A stretch of 64,000 bases of DNA, taken from contig NC_043001.1 of the NCBI RefSeq assembly GCF_006345805.1, forward strand, positions 31,372,001 to 31,436,000, read 5' to 3'. The DNA is from Octopus sinensis. Its lineage: Eukaryota. Shown here in pieces: positions 26,046 to 39,032 of this stretch; within the stretch, counting starts at the first letter, position 1; each line of letters begins with the position of its first letter. Both the position numbers and the translations under genes were made by a program. The notes below the pieces were generated by a model. That model was not told where the DNA came from, made no database searches, and worked only from the letters and a program-made list of their open reading frames with translations.

Positions 26046-27377
26046 ATGGCGACCCCCGTCGCCGTACAGATGAATCTACATCCTACTATGAACTGGGATT
26101 CTAGTAATGTCGTAGAAGAATTTAAAAAATTCAAACAAAAAGCTCAACTAGCTTTCAAAAGTTTCCTGAAAGGCACTACTGACGATGAAAAGGTAAGCTA
26201 TATCCTTTTATGGTCAGGTAATAAAGGAATAGACCTATACAATAGCTGGGATATGTTAGAGTCCGACTGCAATAACCTAGATACACTTCTTGAGAAATTT
26301 GAAAGGCACCTAGAGCCCAGGTCGAACCATAGAATTCACAGATACGAATTCCAGGGCCTGAAACAAGACCCACAAGAAACAATTGACAATTTCCTGTCAA
26401 GACTGAAAAATGTTGCAGAGAAATGCAATTCAAAGACAGGGAAGAGAGAATTGTAGACCAATTAATATGGGGGTGTGCCCACAAAGAAGTGCAAAAATCA
26501 CTAATAGGTAAGGGCGCTCTACAGTTGGTAGAAGCAGTAGACACTGCAAGAGCATACGAAGCCACTACCAAACAGATGGCCTCACTTAGCTTACAAACAA
26601 GCTCACTTGGTAGCAGTGTAGATACTGTATCTAGGCACAGGACACATACCCGTAAACAAAGAACATGCCAGTACTGTGGTACAGAGCATGAATTTAATAA
26701 CCGGTACACACTGCAAAGCATGTGGAAAACTGAACCACTAGAAAAAAAATGTGTAGGATAACGAAATCCCAGAGATACAAGCCCCAATTTTCAAAGAGGA
26801 GCAGAAATAGAAGAGATATACATGCACAACAACAGGAACAAAGCACCTCAGAGGAGGAATTCTTGGCAATCGGCATAATAAATGTGCATGAGATGGGAAA
26901 GGACGACCGGAAGAAAGAAGATGAGGCATACACGACAATAAGAATTGAAAAGAAGGCCGGAAGGAAAAGAACAAACATTGACTTAAGGCTGAAGATAGAC
27001 ACTGGGGCCCAGAGTGATATCTTGCCTGTCAGCTTATACAAGAAGATGTTCCCAGTAAATATGACAGAAGAGGATAGGGTCAGGAAAGGAATCCTCACAC
27101 CAAGTGATGTGGTCCTCACTGCGTACGGAGGTACCAGGATTCCACAACTGGGGAAAGCAACGATTAGAGGGACACACAAAAAGAAAAGAATCGAGTGTAC
27201 ATTTTATGTCACAAGAACAGAAGGCCCAGCAATTCTTGGACTTGATACCTGCAGGAGGTTAAATATTGTGTCGATCAATGCTGAAGTGAAAGCAGCTCCA
27301 AGCAGGATTGACAGTGATATGCCTATCAAAGACCGACCACCAATCACAAGCAAACAGGAGATGGAAGGACTAACCAG
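26046..27377 (+). mobile_element. Gypsy (Mag/K02A2.6-like) gag-protease pseudogene, truncated before RT
   Basis: Gag (KQDPQETIDNFLSRLKNVAEKC, RIVDQLIWG), frameshifted zinc knuckles (CQYCGTEH, C..CGKLNH), aspartic protease LKIDTGAQSDILP..ILGLDTC. Confidence 0.9.
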
Positions 27378-27633
27378 AAAGTTTTCGAAAATTTTCACCG
27401 AAAACTTTACCCAAAAATTTACCGAAAATTTCACCTAAAAAGTTTTCGAAAATTTTCACCGAAAATTTTACCCAAAAATTTTCCGAAAATTTTAACCAAA
27501 AAGTTTTCGAAAATTTTCACCGAAAACTTTGCCCCAAAATTTACCGAAAATTTCACCTAAAAAGTTTTGCCCAAAATTTTACCCAAAAATTTTAACGAAA
27601 ATTTTCCCACAAAATTTGTCGAAAATTTTCACC
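27378..27633. repeat. Minisatellite, 61-bp period built from about 12-bp ccgaaaatttta-like subunits
   Basis: The gtttt register recurs at 27381, 27442, 27503 and 27564. Confidence 0.9.
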
Positions 27634-27636
27634 GAC

Positions 27637-27798
27637 TTTCTCCCCTCCATACACACGCAAGCATGTATCTGACTCATACATTGTTCACTTTCCAGACATT
27701 TGTACATTACTGCAAATGCTTTATACGCACTTTTGACAAGTTGTGGTGCACCTGAGCACTGTATACAATAATTTTATTATTATTATTATTATTATTAT
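27637..27798 (+). mobile_element. LINE 3' UTR fragment with (ATT)n tail
   Basis: Near-identical to 24165-24312. Confidence 0.85.
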
Positions 27799-28050
27799 TT
27801 CATCGATCCCGAAAAGATAAAAGACAAAGTCAACCTCGCCAGAATTAGAACTCACAACGTCAAGACAGATGAAATGTCACTGAACATTTTGTCTAGTGTG
27901 GTAACAATTCTGAGAGCACGCTGCCTTACTACCAGCGACAATACTTCATCGAATGTGCTGATGTTAGCAACATACACTAAATATGACAAGCGGAAAAATA
28001 AACATTAAGGAGTGGAAATCAAGGGAGATAACTTCCCTTTTATTTCCAAG

Positions 28051-28173
28051 ATGGTGGACGAAGTCACGAAGAAAACTCTAGCGCAGGTTCCTTTATTAAA
28101 AACCAAGGCTGGTCCGCGCGATGGTGAACTCTGGGTACAGCGATTGAAAGAAGAATACATGTCTTTAATAACG
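28051..28173 (+). CDS. UFC1: UFC1 (ubiquitin-fold modifier-conjugating enzyme 1), coding exon 1
   Basis: [41 protein letters not shown], start context aagATGG, GT donor at 28174, 123 nt. Confidence 0.96.
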
Positions 28174-28930
28174 GTTCGTTTAAATTACTGGAATAATTTG
28201 TCTTTCATACGAGAAAACTCACCAGTATGGTGTGTTTAGCTAATAGCATTTTCAAATTGGTTATTTCGTCAGCTGTTTTTTAAATAATTACATTTTACGT
28301 ATTTATTCTTGTATATTATTTACATAGCTTCTTTTATTTATGTCATAGAAGAAAATTCATTAATTTCGTTGTGGGTAGAATTTATTAATTTTGTTATATT
28401 TTGATTATATAATACAACGTATTTGTTCTTATCAATTAAAAAATAATAATAATAATTAGGATTTATGAACGAAACCACACTCTCACAAGCGCACGCCTAC
28501 ACGCAACGAAACCGCATTTCTACTTGATTTATAAAAAGACATTTATACACTTTAAACAACCTCCGTTGATATGAATGATACACATACATGGAAACCGCCT
28601 ATCGGAACTATAGATAATGTTATCAAAATTAAGGAATCCTAAAATCACGCTCGATATCGTCATATTCTCTACTTAATGTTATCAACCATTTATTATTTTC
28701 TAAATAGTCCCGTCCCGAAGTGTTCGAAATAATCGGCTTACACGCACCCACACACACACATGTATACGGGCGCAGGTATGGCTGTGGACATGAAGTTCAC
28801 ATCCCAACCATATGGTTTTGAGTTCAGTTCCACTGCATAGCACCTTGGGCAAGTGTCTTCTAATATAGCCCTGGGCTATATTGGAAGTCTTATGTGTTAA
28901 ATTGATAGACAGAAAGTGAAGGAAGGCCTG

Positions 28931-28970
<40 letters not shown>

Positions 28971-29945
28971 CAGGCCTTATATATATATAAATGTGTGTTT
29001 GTCCACCACTTCCACTTAACAAGTGTTGATGTGTATACATCCCTGTAACTTAGCGATTCAGCCTAAGGGACCAATAGAATAAGTTCCAGGCTTAAATAAA
29101 GGTACTAGGAGTGATGGGTTCGACTAAAAATTCTTCAAAGTGATGCCCTAGCATGGCAACAGTCTAAATAACTGAAACAAATAAGATAAAGATATATATT
29201 TACATATGACAGGCTTCTTCCAGTTTCCATCTACAAAATCCACTCAAAAAGCTTTGGTTGGCCCAGGGTAGAAGACACCTGCCCAAAGTACCAAGTACCA
29301 TACAATCAGCCTGAACCCAGAATCATATTGTTTGGAAGCAAACTTCTTACCACACACACACACACGCGTGTGTGTATATATAATGGGTGTGGCTCTACAA
29401 ACACTTTATTTGCCTGTATACACATCTTCCTGGTGTATCAGTAAATGCTGATAGAAATGGCAACTTGCTGGAGATAGAGAAAACAACTAATAACTATGAA
29501 ATAAAAGGAAAATTCCAAGTACCATTTATTATATTAACAGTGCCTCATAAGCCAATAAGCAACCTTCTACAGTTGCTCCACCTGCTTGAAATAATAGCCA
29601 TATTTCCTTCAGACACACTTGGCATCTTAAAAAAGAGGGACACATTTCATAGTGTAATCTTAGATATATATGTATAAGTAGTTATGACTGAAATACCATT
29701 TATCATAAGTAGACTCAATTGCTAGACAGCAGTCGAGTCAGCTTATTATTAAACAATTTCACTGCTGCTAATTTTAATTTCTACATACTGAATTGAAACA
29801 AAACCCCTTAATAGACAAGGTACAAAAATATATATATATATAAAGTTAATCCAAACATGAAAACACAAAGAGAAAACGCAACAACGCGAGGATGTGGAAC
29901 AAATATAGTATTATTGGACGCTCAGGAAGGAAGAGAAGAAGGAGG

Positions 29946-29980
29946 GTTTAACATTTCAAGCGGAGCTCTTTGTCGGAAAC
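29946..29980 (-). ncRNA. Degenerate hammerhead-like motif, same family as 11309-11343
   Basis: Minus strand reads GTTT CCGACAA A GAGC TCC GCTT GAAA TG T T AAAC. The core is mutated. Confidence 0.4.
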
Positions 29981-30220
29981 ATTGGAGAAGGGAAGACAGA
30001 GGGAAAAAAATCGCCAATGGTACACACGCGGTCACATTTTGAATGTTCCTTTTTCCTTTACTTTTATTTGCTTACCATTTTGCATTCATTGTGCTGAAAC
30101 AACTGCCATTTAAGAATGATAATCTTTTGATACTCATCCAAATATATATACAGGATTAAATTGCATTTTGAAATTATTTTTCACGTTATTTATTTAACTC
30201 TCTTTCTTTTTCTTTTTCAG

Positions 30221-30352
30221 TATGTCCAAAATAATAAAGATTCAGATAATGACTGGTTCCGGCTTGAATCAAATAAAGAAGGCACAAGATGGTTTGGGAA
30301 ATGTTGGTATATACACAATCTGCTAAAATATGAATTTGATGTTGAATTTGAT
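30221..30352 (+). CDS. UFC1: UFC1 coding exon 2
   Basis: tttttcag|[44 protein letters not shown]|gtaagt, 132 nt. Confidence 0.97.
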
Positions 30353-32850
30353 GTAAGTAACTAGAGTTTAATTTACTTCATTTTTTTCTTTCTTTTTTAT
30401 CTCAAAATTAGAGAATATATTCATTGAAATGAAGACTTACCTATTTTCACAAAATCTACAATAGATAAACTCAATTGTTCAAGAAATCTTTATTCTTTTT
30501 GATATTGACAGCATGTAAAAAGCACCATTCGAGTGTGACCTATGCCAGTGCCACCTTACTGAAAACCCATGCTGGTGGCACATAAAAAGCACCATTCAAG
30601 TGTGGTCAATGCTAGTGGCATATAAAAAGCACCCACTTCACTCTCGAAGTGGTTAGCATTAAGAACATTCAGCTGTAGAAACCTTGCCAAATCAGATTGG
30701 AGCCTGGTGCAGCCTCCTGGCTTGCCAGTCCTTAGTCAAACCATCCAACCCATGCCAGCATGGAAAGCAGATGTTCAATGACGATGATTGATGACCGTGG
30801 TGAACTAGAAGAATCATTCGCATGCCAGGCAAAATACTTAGCATTTTGTCTGTCTTCATGTTCTGAGTTCAAATTCCGCCGAGATTGAATTTGCCTGTCA
30901 TCCTTTTGGGTAAGCACCAGTTGTGCACTGAGGTTGATGTAATCAACTTACCCACTCCCCAAAATTGCTGACCTTGTACCAAAACTTGAAAACAATATTG
31001 ATTAGATTTGCTCTTGTTCATTTGAGATCTAGATGAATTATTGATTCTGTTGTGTGCTTTTACAAGAGACAAATTTTAGATTCCTAGCATGTAACAGCAA
31101 ATAGATGCATTTGGCAAATGTCTAACAGGATGTCCTTCCAAACTGATGTATACAGTTACCTTTTGTCAAATATATACACTTGACAAAATATATTTCGTAT
31201 ATATACATACACAAAATGTATATTTTATATATATTTATTGTATATATTTAATTTTTGTCAAAAACTCCAGACCAATTTTGAGGAATTCTTTGAATGTAAG
31301 CACCAGCCCAATAGCAAAAATCACTTTTTTGATTTCCCTTTAAATCCAACTACATAAGAAAATCAGTTACAAATTTTCAGACAAAAGCAGAATAAATGAT
31401 TTCAGTGCCTTTTCACTGTGTCTGTGTTGGATCCTTACTTAATTAAATTACCTGTTTCTCTTGAAATGTGTTATAATTCTTGGATATGTGTATACTATAT
31501 CAAAAACGATTAACCTCTGATCATTCACTTTATTAACCTTAATTCTAAACATATTCAGAATGACTGGGATGATTATTTATAACCATATCCTCACTCCTAA
31601 AATCTCTTTCTCTCCTAAGAAATTAGTATTAATTTTTATAAACCCTTAGCTTGGAGGTATTCTCCTGTTTGTTTTATATTGAAGAAATGAAGGAAAATTA
31701 ATGTTCTTGACATCAGCAAAGATTTCAGTTGGATCTAGGATGGAAATCCCTGGATCAATAGTTTTCTAACTAGGCAGCTATTACAGCATGTACAGATTTT
31801 TCTCTGATTTCCATACCATCAACTTGGTAGTGTATCATTTTTTGACACTCCTTTTCATCAAGGATATCCTTGTTCTCACCTTCTGTCACATATACATGCT
31901 CTTCTGACATTCCACTCTTGCTTTTTAATTACAAGTATCATCAATTTAACCTTAACTTCTACTATGTGTATCCTGGGTTTAGAATAACTATGGGTGTTGT
32001 AAGAGGCAACTAAAAGTGTTGGCAAAAGGAAAGACATCATCATCGTTTAACATCCGATTTCTATGCTAGCATGGGTTGGACAGATGACTGAGGGCTGGCA
32101 AACCAGATGGCTGCACCAGGCTTCAATCTTGATCTGGCAGAGTTTCTACAACTGGATGCCTTTCCTAACGCCAACCACTCCGAGAGTATAGTGGGTGCTT
32201 TTACGTGCCAAACTGTAATAACACTGCCTCAAATATTTTACATTCTTCTGCCAAGAGTTTTGTCGGCCACTTTACTCTTGTAGTTATAATTTTGGGCAAT
32301 TAAAGTTAAAAAGAAATAAATATAGAAAACGACAAAAACTTGTTACAAAACTTAGCTATTGCTTTCAATGATTTACTTTGTGTTTCATTATTTGTATCGC
32401 AAAAGAAATGAAGAAAAATGTTATACCATTAAAGAGTTCAAAAGCTGCCAAGGACAATTTCCATTTATCCAGGGGATAAATTAACTTTATCCCTGAAGGT
32501 AGTGTCCCAATATTGTTTCACTTGAGACTATAACCAAAAAAAGAATGTTTCGTTACCTAAAATGGTTTCATTTTTAGTTTACTTATAGGATGGTAAGGCA
32601 AATAAAATTTTCACTCTTAATTGATATTATTCTTCATGAAACTGAGGCCACCTGAAGCTAGAAAGCTATCAAACTGCTTAAACTGTTTTATGTTTTTATC
32701 ATTTGTGGTCAAGACAAAAAAAAATCATCAGAATAGTTTTCAGTCTGTAAACCTTTAATAGACTAAAAACTGGAGAATTAAAAAAAAAGAGTTTCACTTC
32801 AACTGAAATAGTTTACTGTTAAGCTATTTCTTAAACCTTTATTTTTGCAG

Positions 32851-32927
32851 ATCCCAGTAACTTTTCCAACAACTGCACCTGAAATAGCTCTACCTGAGCT
32901 GGATGGAAAAACTGCAAAAATGTACAG
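32851..32927 (+). CDS. UFC1: UFC1 coding exon 3
   Basis: ttttgcag|[26 protein letters not shown]|gtgagt, 77 nt, contains the TAK motif. Not in the ORF track. Confidence 0.97.
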
Positions 32928-34829
32928 GTGAGTTCTGCATTGATTTTTCTGTTGAAACTTTCACCTTCACTGAGACACCATGCTTAGAAGAGTTATTAAT
33001 AAATGGAAATATTTTAGAAAATTTCGAGTTATTAAACTTTTAGTTTGTTGGAGCTCTTGGAGCAAAATTTTGTAGTTATACATTCCACCGTTCTACACAT
33101 AAGAAGTAGTAATACTTTAGGGCAGCCGTTGCTTTCACAGAATTAAGGTTATCAGTTCTTTATAGAAAGATTTTTAAAGGATAATTAAACCTAAAAAAAG
33201 AGAGATTAGAAAAGCTGAGCAGTCTTTGAAAGTGCTTTCAGAGCAGCATCTCAAGTTCACTTACTATGAAGCATAGTCATGGCTATGTGGTTAAGAAGCT
33301 TTCTTCCCTACCATGTGGTCTTGGGTTCAGTCTCACTACATGGCACCTTGGCCAGGTGTCTTTTACTGCCTCAGACTGACCAAAATCTTGTGAGTGGATT
33401 TGGTAAATGGAAACTGCAAGAAGCCCTTTATATATATATATATACACACACACATTTAACCATGGTAGTGGTTGATTATATTCTTATGTCCACCATTTTA
33501 TCAATCGCAGCAGTTTCCAAGCTTCACCACTAATTCAGTTCTCAACTAAATTGCAAACTATTAATAGTTTTAAAGAGGGCACCTCCTCAGCTACACTTTG
33601 GCATAAATAGTTTGAGATTTGGTTCAGTAGAAAAAAAGTTACATCAAAATATTTGCGACCTCAAGGGGGCAGTAAGGCACCTATTCACCTTCAATTAACA
33701 TAAACTTTTTAATTTTAAAATAAAAGTATACTTTTCTTAGGCTTAAATGATAGAAAAATGCATGAGGAATTCAGAATAGTTAGTCACATTGAACAAAATT
33801 TAGTAAAATCACACACCTGATGTATGTAATGTCCTAGATTATCCCTAAAAACATGGTTTGCTGAAGGCTGGAATGACTTTGATGATAAGTTTGCAGGGTT
33901 GATTTGAGGCTAAATAACAGCAACATCATGGTAAATTTTTATATTGACACCCACACAATTTTCACAAAGGAAGTAAAACAAAAAATTGGATTTTTTTTGC
34001 GAGGAATCAAGTACCCTAACCTCCTAGTATGCTGCAAATCCCTTATTTTGGTTCGGAAAAAATGAGGTGAGGGGCGGGGTTCCCCCACCCCAATCCCGGA
34101 AACAATGGAAATTTTTTTTTCGTTGAATGAATTCCTGTGACCTCCTAATATTGCAAAATTAGGTTACTTAAGGTGAGCCTGGTAACTGATAGTTTTGGGG
34201 TCTTGTTTGTAACTTTTGGTGAGCCATGGTGCAACCAACAGCATGGTAAAAATCCCTGCCATTAATTTGGTGTGGATGGGTAATATCAAATAATTCAATC
34301 ACAACATATATTTAAATTAAATATGAAAAAATTGAAATATTACCTTCCAGTATTTTATAAGGTAAAATTTTAAATTATCTTATAACAGCAATGCCTGGAA
34401 AAATCGTGGATTACATGGAAAAATGTGAGCATAAAAAGTAATATTAAGATTATAAACCTGGAAAATGCTTTCAGAAGAAATTGATATACTCTTTTACTTG
34501 CTTCAGTCATTTGACTGCAGCCATACTGGAGCACTGCCTTTAGTCAAGAAAATCGACCACAGGACTTATTCTTTGTAAGCCTAGTACTTATTCTATTGGT
34601 CACTTTTGCCGAACTGCTAATTTACGGGGACAAACAGATACAAACACACACATATATATACATATAGACGACGGGCTTCTTTCAGTTTCCGTCTACAAAG
34701 TGCACTCACAAGGCCTTGGTCAGCCTGAGGCTATAGTAGAAGACACTTGCCCAAGGTGCCATGCAGTGGGACTGAACCCAGAACCACGTGGTTGGTAAGC
34801 AAGCTACTTACCATATAGCCACTCCTGCG

Positions 34830-34871
<42 letters not shown>

Positions 34872-37800
34872 TTTATAAACAATGTAACTCAAATGCACGT
34901 CCAGCTCATAATACATAGGGTAAAAAAAACCCTTCAGTGGAAAAAAAGATGGAAAACTACCTGTGGAACCCATGCCATACATCTACTTTATCATAGACAG
35001 TTTGATGCTATTATTCCAAAATAGTTACCAACTTTCATGCAAGTTAAACACATTACTATTAATGAATGTGTGGTTAAGATGTTTGTTTCATGTAACACCA
35101 TGTTTCGTCCTGATTCCCAACACCTCACCTTGGGTTAGCCTATATCTTGAGAGGGGAAAATGGTAGACAGAAACTATGTAGAAGTCAGTCGTACATATAC
35201 ATATGTGTGTGTGTATATCTTTTGCTGACAGACATCAGCTAAAACCCAGTTTTCTTTAACCTTTTGGCATTCAAAGTTATTCTGTCAAATCATTTAATGC
35301 CTGTTTTTCCATGCTGGCATGGGCTGGATGGTTTCACACAAGCTGACCAGCTAAAGAGCTGCCTTTCTGCTATAGGTAAAGGCCTGAAATTGTTGTGCAA
35401 TAGAACTGAACTTGGAACAATGTGGTTACAAATCAAGCTTCTGATTTGTACAGCCATCCTTGTACCTGATTTGGTAAATTTGTAAATTCACATATAACTG
35501 GACGCCCTTCCAGTGTAACTAACTGCTCAATTATGAAATAAGAGACTATTTCTCATGGATGGGATGAAAGGGTGAAAATTAATGAAGCACACAAATTGCT
35601 GTGTTGGTTTTAAACTTGTCGAATAGCATGGGAAAAAAAAATAATTATATCGATGAAAACTACTTTGTCTTATTAATGGAAATGGGGTCAAAAGCTTTGC
35701 CATTTTTTTTTTTCAGGGATTGGAGGCTGGCATTTCTAAGTTGGAGGATCTCTGAACTATAGGACCTAGTCTTAGTCAAATGGAGTTATATACCTTAGTC
35801 AGGGGCTAAACGAAAACAAAACAGTGAAATCGTTAATCGATTACAAATTGAGGGACCTCGTCTTAGCGAATCAGAGTTATATGCCCTGGTCAGGAGCACC
35901 AAACTAGAGAACTATATCAAAATGCTCAGTAGTCGTCCAAGACCTGAGAAATTACCTATTGGAAACATTTAGCCAACAAAGTTTGCAGGCGTTTCTTTAC
36001 TTTAAGTCATTGTTTATAAACAGTGTGATTAATTATTCAACCATGGGTCAGACCTATGATCACATGACACTGTCTTCAAGACAAGATGTAGTTTGAAGAA
36101 AGTGCTATTATTTGTAACAGATCAAACCTTCATATAAAGCAGGCATGGGTAACTTTTGTTGAGAAGCAGGCTGCACAAGACATGACTCATCATCAGATGG
36201 GCTGCACTGCTTAAAATGTTTTATGAAATGTTATTTTTCTCATGAAATTAGGCTTGTTTGTTTGTTCCTTCTCGAGCCATGCCTGGCTCATAAGGGCTGG
36301 TTTCCCGGTTTCTTGGCGTATAGGTTCCCCACCTGGACGAGACGCCGGTCCATTGCAGGTGAGCTGCAAGATGCAGGATGAAAGAGTGAGAGAAAGTTGT
36401 GGTGAAAGTCAGCAGAAGTTTCGCCATTACCTTCTACTGGAACCGCATGGAGCTTAGGTGTTTCACTCATAAACACACACATCGTCTGGTCTGAGATTCG
36501 AACCCGCGATCCCTCGACTGCGAGTCCGCTGCTCTAACCACTAGGCCTCCACATGAAATTAGGCTTTTGTTTCAGAAAGTCGCTCGGGCCACTTTGCCTA
36601 TGACTGGTATAGAGGCAGTTTTGTAACTTGTACTCATTACAAGAATAACCATATTTTTGCATCTTTGTTTCCTTCAGCGTCTTTTGCAGATACTTACCTT
36701 TATTTTTGTGACATGAGATGGATCTGGCATTTTTTTTTTTTTCTAAACATGATGCCAATCTGTTATGAGGTAACTTTGCATGCAGCAGCAAATAATGTCA
36801 GCTCCCAACAAGGGAGTCTCTACAAGCTACAAAAGCAACCAAGTCTTCTTTAAATTATTCTCTACCATTCTGAAAAGGACACTATCATGCAGGCATTACA
36901 GCGTGGTTAAAAAGTTAGCTTCCCAGCCACATGGTTTTGGGTTCAGTCCCATTGTGTGGCATCTTGGGGAAGTGTCTTTTACAGTAGACCTGGGTTAACC
37001 AAAGCTTTGAGTGGATTTCGTAGAAAGAAACTGAAAGAAGCCCATTATGTGTGTGTATGCTTGTATGTTTATCTCCTTAACATCATGTGGAAATTGTAAA
37101 TGAGTGTCACGGTCACACAAGCAATATCATTCATTCCCAATATTCAGCCAAAAAATGTCTGACAGTGTAGAAATATAACCTTGCTAAGAATCCAGTGGGG
37201 ATTGGCTACAAGGGCAATCCATGTGTAAAAAATCTGCTTCAATAAATGCTGTCCAACCCATGCAAGCATGAAAAAAAAACGGACATTAAACCAACTGTGA
37301 TAATGATGCCTGAAAAGCTAGCATGGGTTTTGAACTTTTGTCTGCTTCTTCAAGGTTGACCTGGAATTTAAACAAGCAAAGTACTGCAAACCAAGTATTT
37401 TTTACTATAGCCTCAGGCTGACCAATACTGTGTGGAAGCCCAGTGTATATGTTCTTTTATCTTACATGTTTCAGTCATTTGACTATGGCCATGCTGGTCC
37501 ACCACCTTGGGTTTTAGTAAAACTAATCAACCCCTGGACTTATTTTTCAAGTCTAATACTTATTCTATCAGTCTCTTTTGCTGAAATAAGTTACAGGGAT
37601 GTAAACACACCAACACTGGTTCTCAAGTGGTGGTGGGACAAATACACACACACATAGATATATACATACATATACATGTATATATATATGGGCTTCTTTT
37701 GGTTTCCGTCAGCCAATTTCACTCACAAGGCTTTGGTTGGCCTGAGGCTTTAGTAGAAGACACTTGCACAAGGTGCCACGCAGTGGGACTGAACCCAGAA

Positions 37801-38352
37801 CTATGTGGTTGAGAAGCAAGCTTCTTACCACACAGCCATGCCTGTTAATTTGAGAGCTGCTTAATGGTGAAATAGCACAAGTAGCTACTGCTAAATATTC
37901 TTAGCTGTTTGATAGATGTCTTGTATACAAATGCAATTTAGACTGATTCACAGGATATGAACTACCAAACTTTCGACAGTATTTAATGCTTTATTGACTT
38001 GGTCAACTATGTTATTTTTTTGTAAGCTTTGTTATCTTCTTAAATTTAATTCCAGTAATGTTTAACCCCAGGTAAGCTCTGAACAAGAAAACCTATGATT
38101 AAAGATACTCCAATCATGATCATCCAGTCTTTTTTCTAGATTATGTGATCTTGTGTCCTACCTTTTCCAATAGAAATGACTGCTATTTCTAGTAAATTGT
38201 TCAACCATTTAATTCCATTATTACATTTGGATAGACACTTTAAGTTCAAACAAAACTGAACATTTATCTCTTATATCATATTTGTTCTACATTTAATATA
38301 GAAACCAACTAAACGTTACCTGACCTTATTTTTTTATTTGTTCTCTTTATAG

Positions 38353-38443
38353 AGGTGGGAAAATTTGCCTGACTGATCATTTTAAGCCCCTCTGGGCAAG
38401 GAATGTGCCAAAATTTGGAATTGCCCATGCAATGGCACTTGGG
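38353..38443 (+). CDS. UFC1: UFC1 coding exon 4 (catalytic Cys116)
   Basis: tttatag|[30 protein letters not shown]|gtaagt, 91 nt, phase consistent with exon 3. Confidence 0.97.
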
Positions 38444-38818
38444 GTAAGTATTCATGTTTAAAATCTAAAAGTGTTGCAGAAATTGTTGAATGCAAAACAA
38501 GATACCCAACAGTATTTAACTCTCGTCTTTCTGAGTCTCTAAAATATACACTAGTCATGAACCGAGGCTCAAAGAGCTAAATTACCGTATTATGAATCAG
38601 TGAATGTAAATAAGATAAGTAATATTTTAAATCATTGTATTATAAAGTCAGTAATGATGTGTTTTGCTGGCTTTCACCATATCAAACATGGTTTTGTGGT
38701 TAAAAAGCTTGATTTGATTTGCAACCACATAGTTTAGGGTTTGGTCCCACTGCATGGCACCTTGAGCAAAAGTGCCTTCTAAACAGAAAGTGAGAAACCC
38801 ACTTTATATATATATATG

Positions 38819-39032
38819 TACAAAATTAAGAGGAATGACCACTAAAGTGGACACCCCTACATGCTAAACATAGATGTCAAATCGCCAAAATGAGCAAGAC
38901 AAATGAAGACATACGAAATAAAAACGATTACCTACGTAATTGCTTTTATTTTCTTCATGGTAATGGCGATTTTACATCTATGTTTAGCATATAGGGGTGT
39001 CCACTTTAGTGGTCACTCCTCTTAATTTTGTA
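38819..39032. repeat. Fold-back element with arms of about 69 bp in UFC1 intron 4
   Basis: tacaaaattaagaggaatgaccactaaagtggacacccctacatgctaaacatagatg..tcgcca pairs with tggcga..catctatgtttagcatataggggtgtccactttagtggtcactcctcttaattttgta. Confidence 0.9.

Noticed and set aside
26176-26787. 203-aa minus-strand ORF
   Set aside because: Antisense shadow of the Gypsy gag region with no recognisable motifs.
27378-27633. CRISPR-like periodic array
   Set aside because: No unique spacers, eukaryotic context and no cas genes; it is a minisatellite.
28012-28050. N-terminal extension of UFC1 suggested by the ORF track
   Set aside because: It starts at GTG; the conserved start is the ATG at 28051.
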